A stretch of DNA of 64,000 nucleotides from Alphaproteobacteria bacterium. Its GTDB lineage: Bacteria; Pseudomonadota; Alphaproteobacteria; Rhizobiales; Hyphomicrobiaceae. The notes under the pieces were generated by a model that was not told where the DNA came from, ran no database searches, and saw only the letters and a program-made list of their open reading frames with translations. This document shows positions 63,640 to 64,000 of the stretch, one piece after another. Position 1 is the first letter of the stretch; each line of letters begins with the position of its first letter. A program made the position numbers and the translations under genes. The stretch covers positions 11,302 through 75,301 of the forward strand of contig JAHJQI010000085.1 in the NCBI GenBank assembly GCA_018819265.1, read 5' to 3'.

Positions 63640-64000
63640 ATGCCCGCACTGCCGCAAGAAAAACTGGACAAACTTGTCGACCGCTGGGAAGCCATCCGAG
63701 CTGAACTCAATGCCGGTCCCGATCCCCAGTCGTATGCGAGGCTGAACCGGGAGTTCGCCGAACTCGATCCCCTGGTCGATTCGATCCGCCGCCTGGCGCA
63801 AGCCGAGCACGAACTTGGCGAACTGCAGGAACTCTCCCGCGATGCTTCTGCCGGCGCCGAAATGCGCGACCTCGCCTATGAGGAAATGACGGACCTGCGC
63901 AAGCGAGTCGCCCAACTTCGCGATGAACTGCAGGTGCTTCTGCTCCCGAAGGACGCCGCCGACGAGCGCAGCGCGATCGTCGAAATCCGGGCCGGCACCG
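63640..64000 (+). CDS. prfA: Peptide chain release factor 1 (5' part, runs off the window)
   Basis: Manual translation gives MPALPQEKLDKLVDRWEAI...LLLPKDAADERSAIVEIRAGT, in the canonical lysC-ptsP-prfA order. Confidence 0.93.
   Translation, partial: MPALPQEKLDKLVDRWEAIRAELNAGPDPQSYARLNREFAELDPLVDSIRRLAQAEHELGELQELSRDASAGAEMRDLAYEEMTDLRKRVAQLRDELQVLLLPKDAADERSAIVEIRAGT

Overview
This is a GC-rich alphaproteobacterial chromosomal window. The SgaA is close to the Hyphomicrobium enzyme as I remember it, which suggests Hyphomicrobiaceae (inference). Left to right it holds: coaBC (partial), a BzdR/BoxR-like regulator facing an HpcH aldolase, a DUF4212-SSS fusion, an M15 peptidase, an orphan SBP, AsmA, a di-haem cytochrome c coupled to an Fe(III) permease, and a sensorless kinase. 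Next come tRNA-His with a small decayed islet (IS5 remnant), a serine-cycle region (hprA ... gcvTHP, atypical LuxR, sgaA-mcl-mtkAB-ppc) interrupted by an RTX protein/CBS/GntR/Tad block, and prmB. These are followed by a minimal alginate-like locus (alg44-alg8-algD) with an RTX protein, a T1SS and a PL14-like protein, and then the conserved ubiG/lysC/ptsP/prfA block. Three signals stand out. (1) Four copies of a 164-169 nt CTAG-bounded double-hairpin element have identical architecture (13-nt spacer, inward-facing bulge, TGCCGC-like loop motif) but compensated, divergent stems. (2) The stripped-down alginate synthase is linked to a T1SS/RTX/PL14 module instead of AlgKEGXL. (3) Two tandem arrays of a short covarying hairpin start exactly at stop codons. 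All family assignments come from motif recognition by eye; no database search was run.
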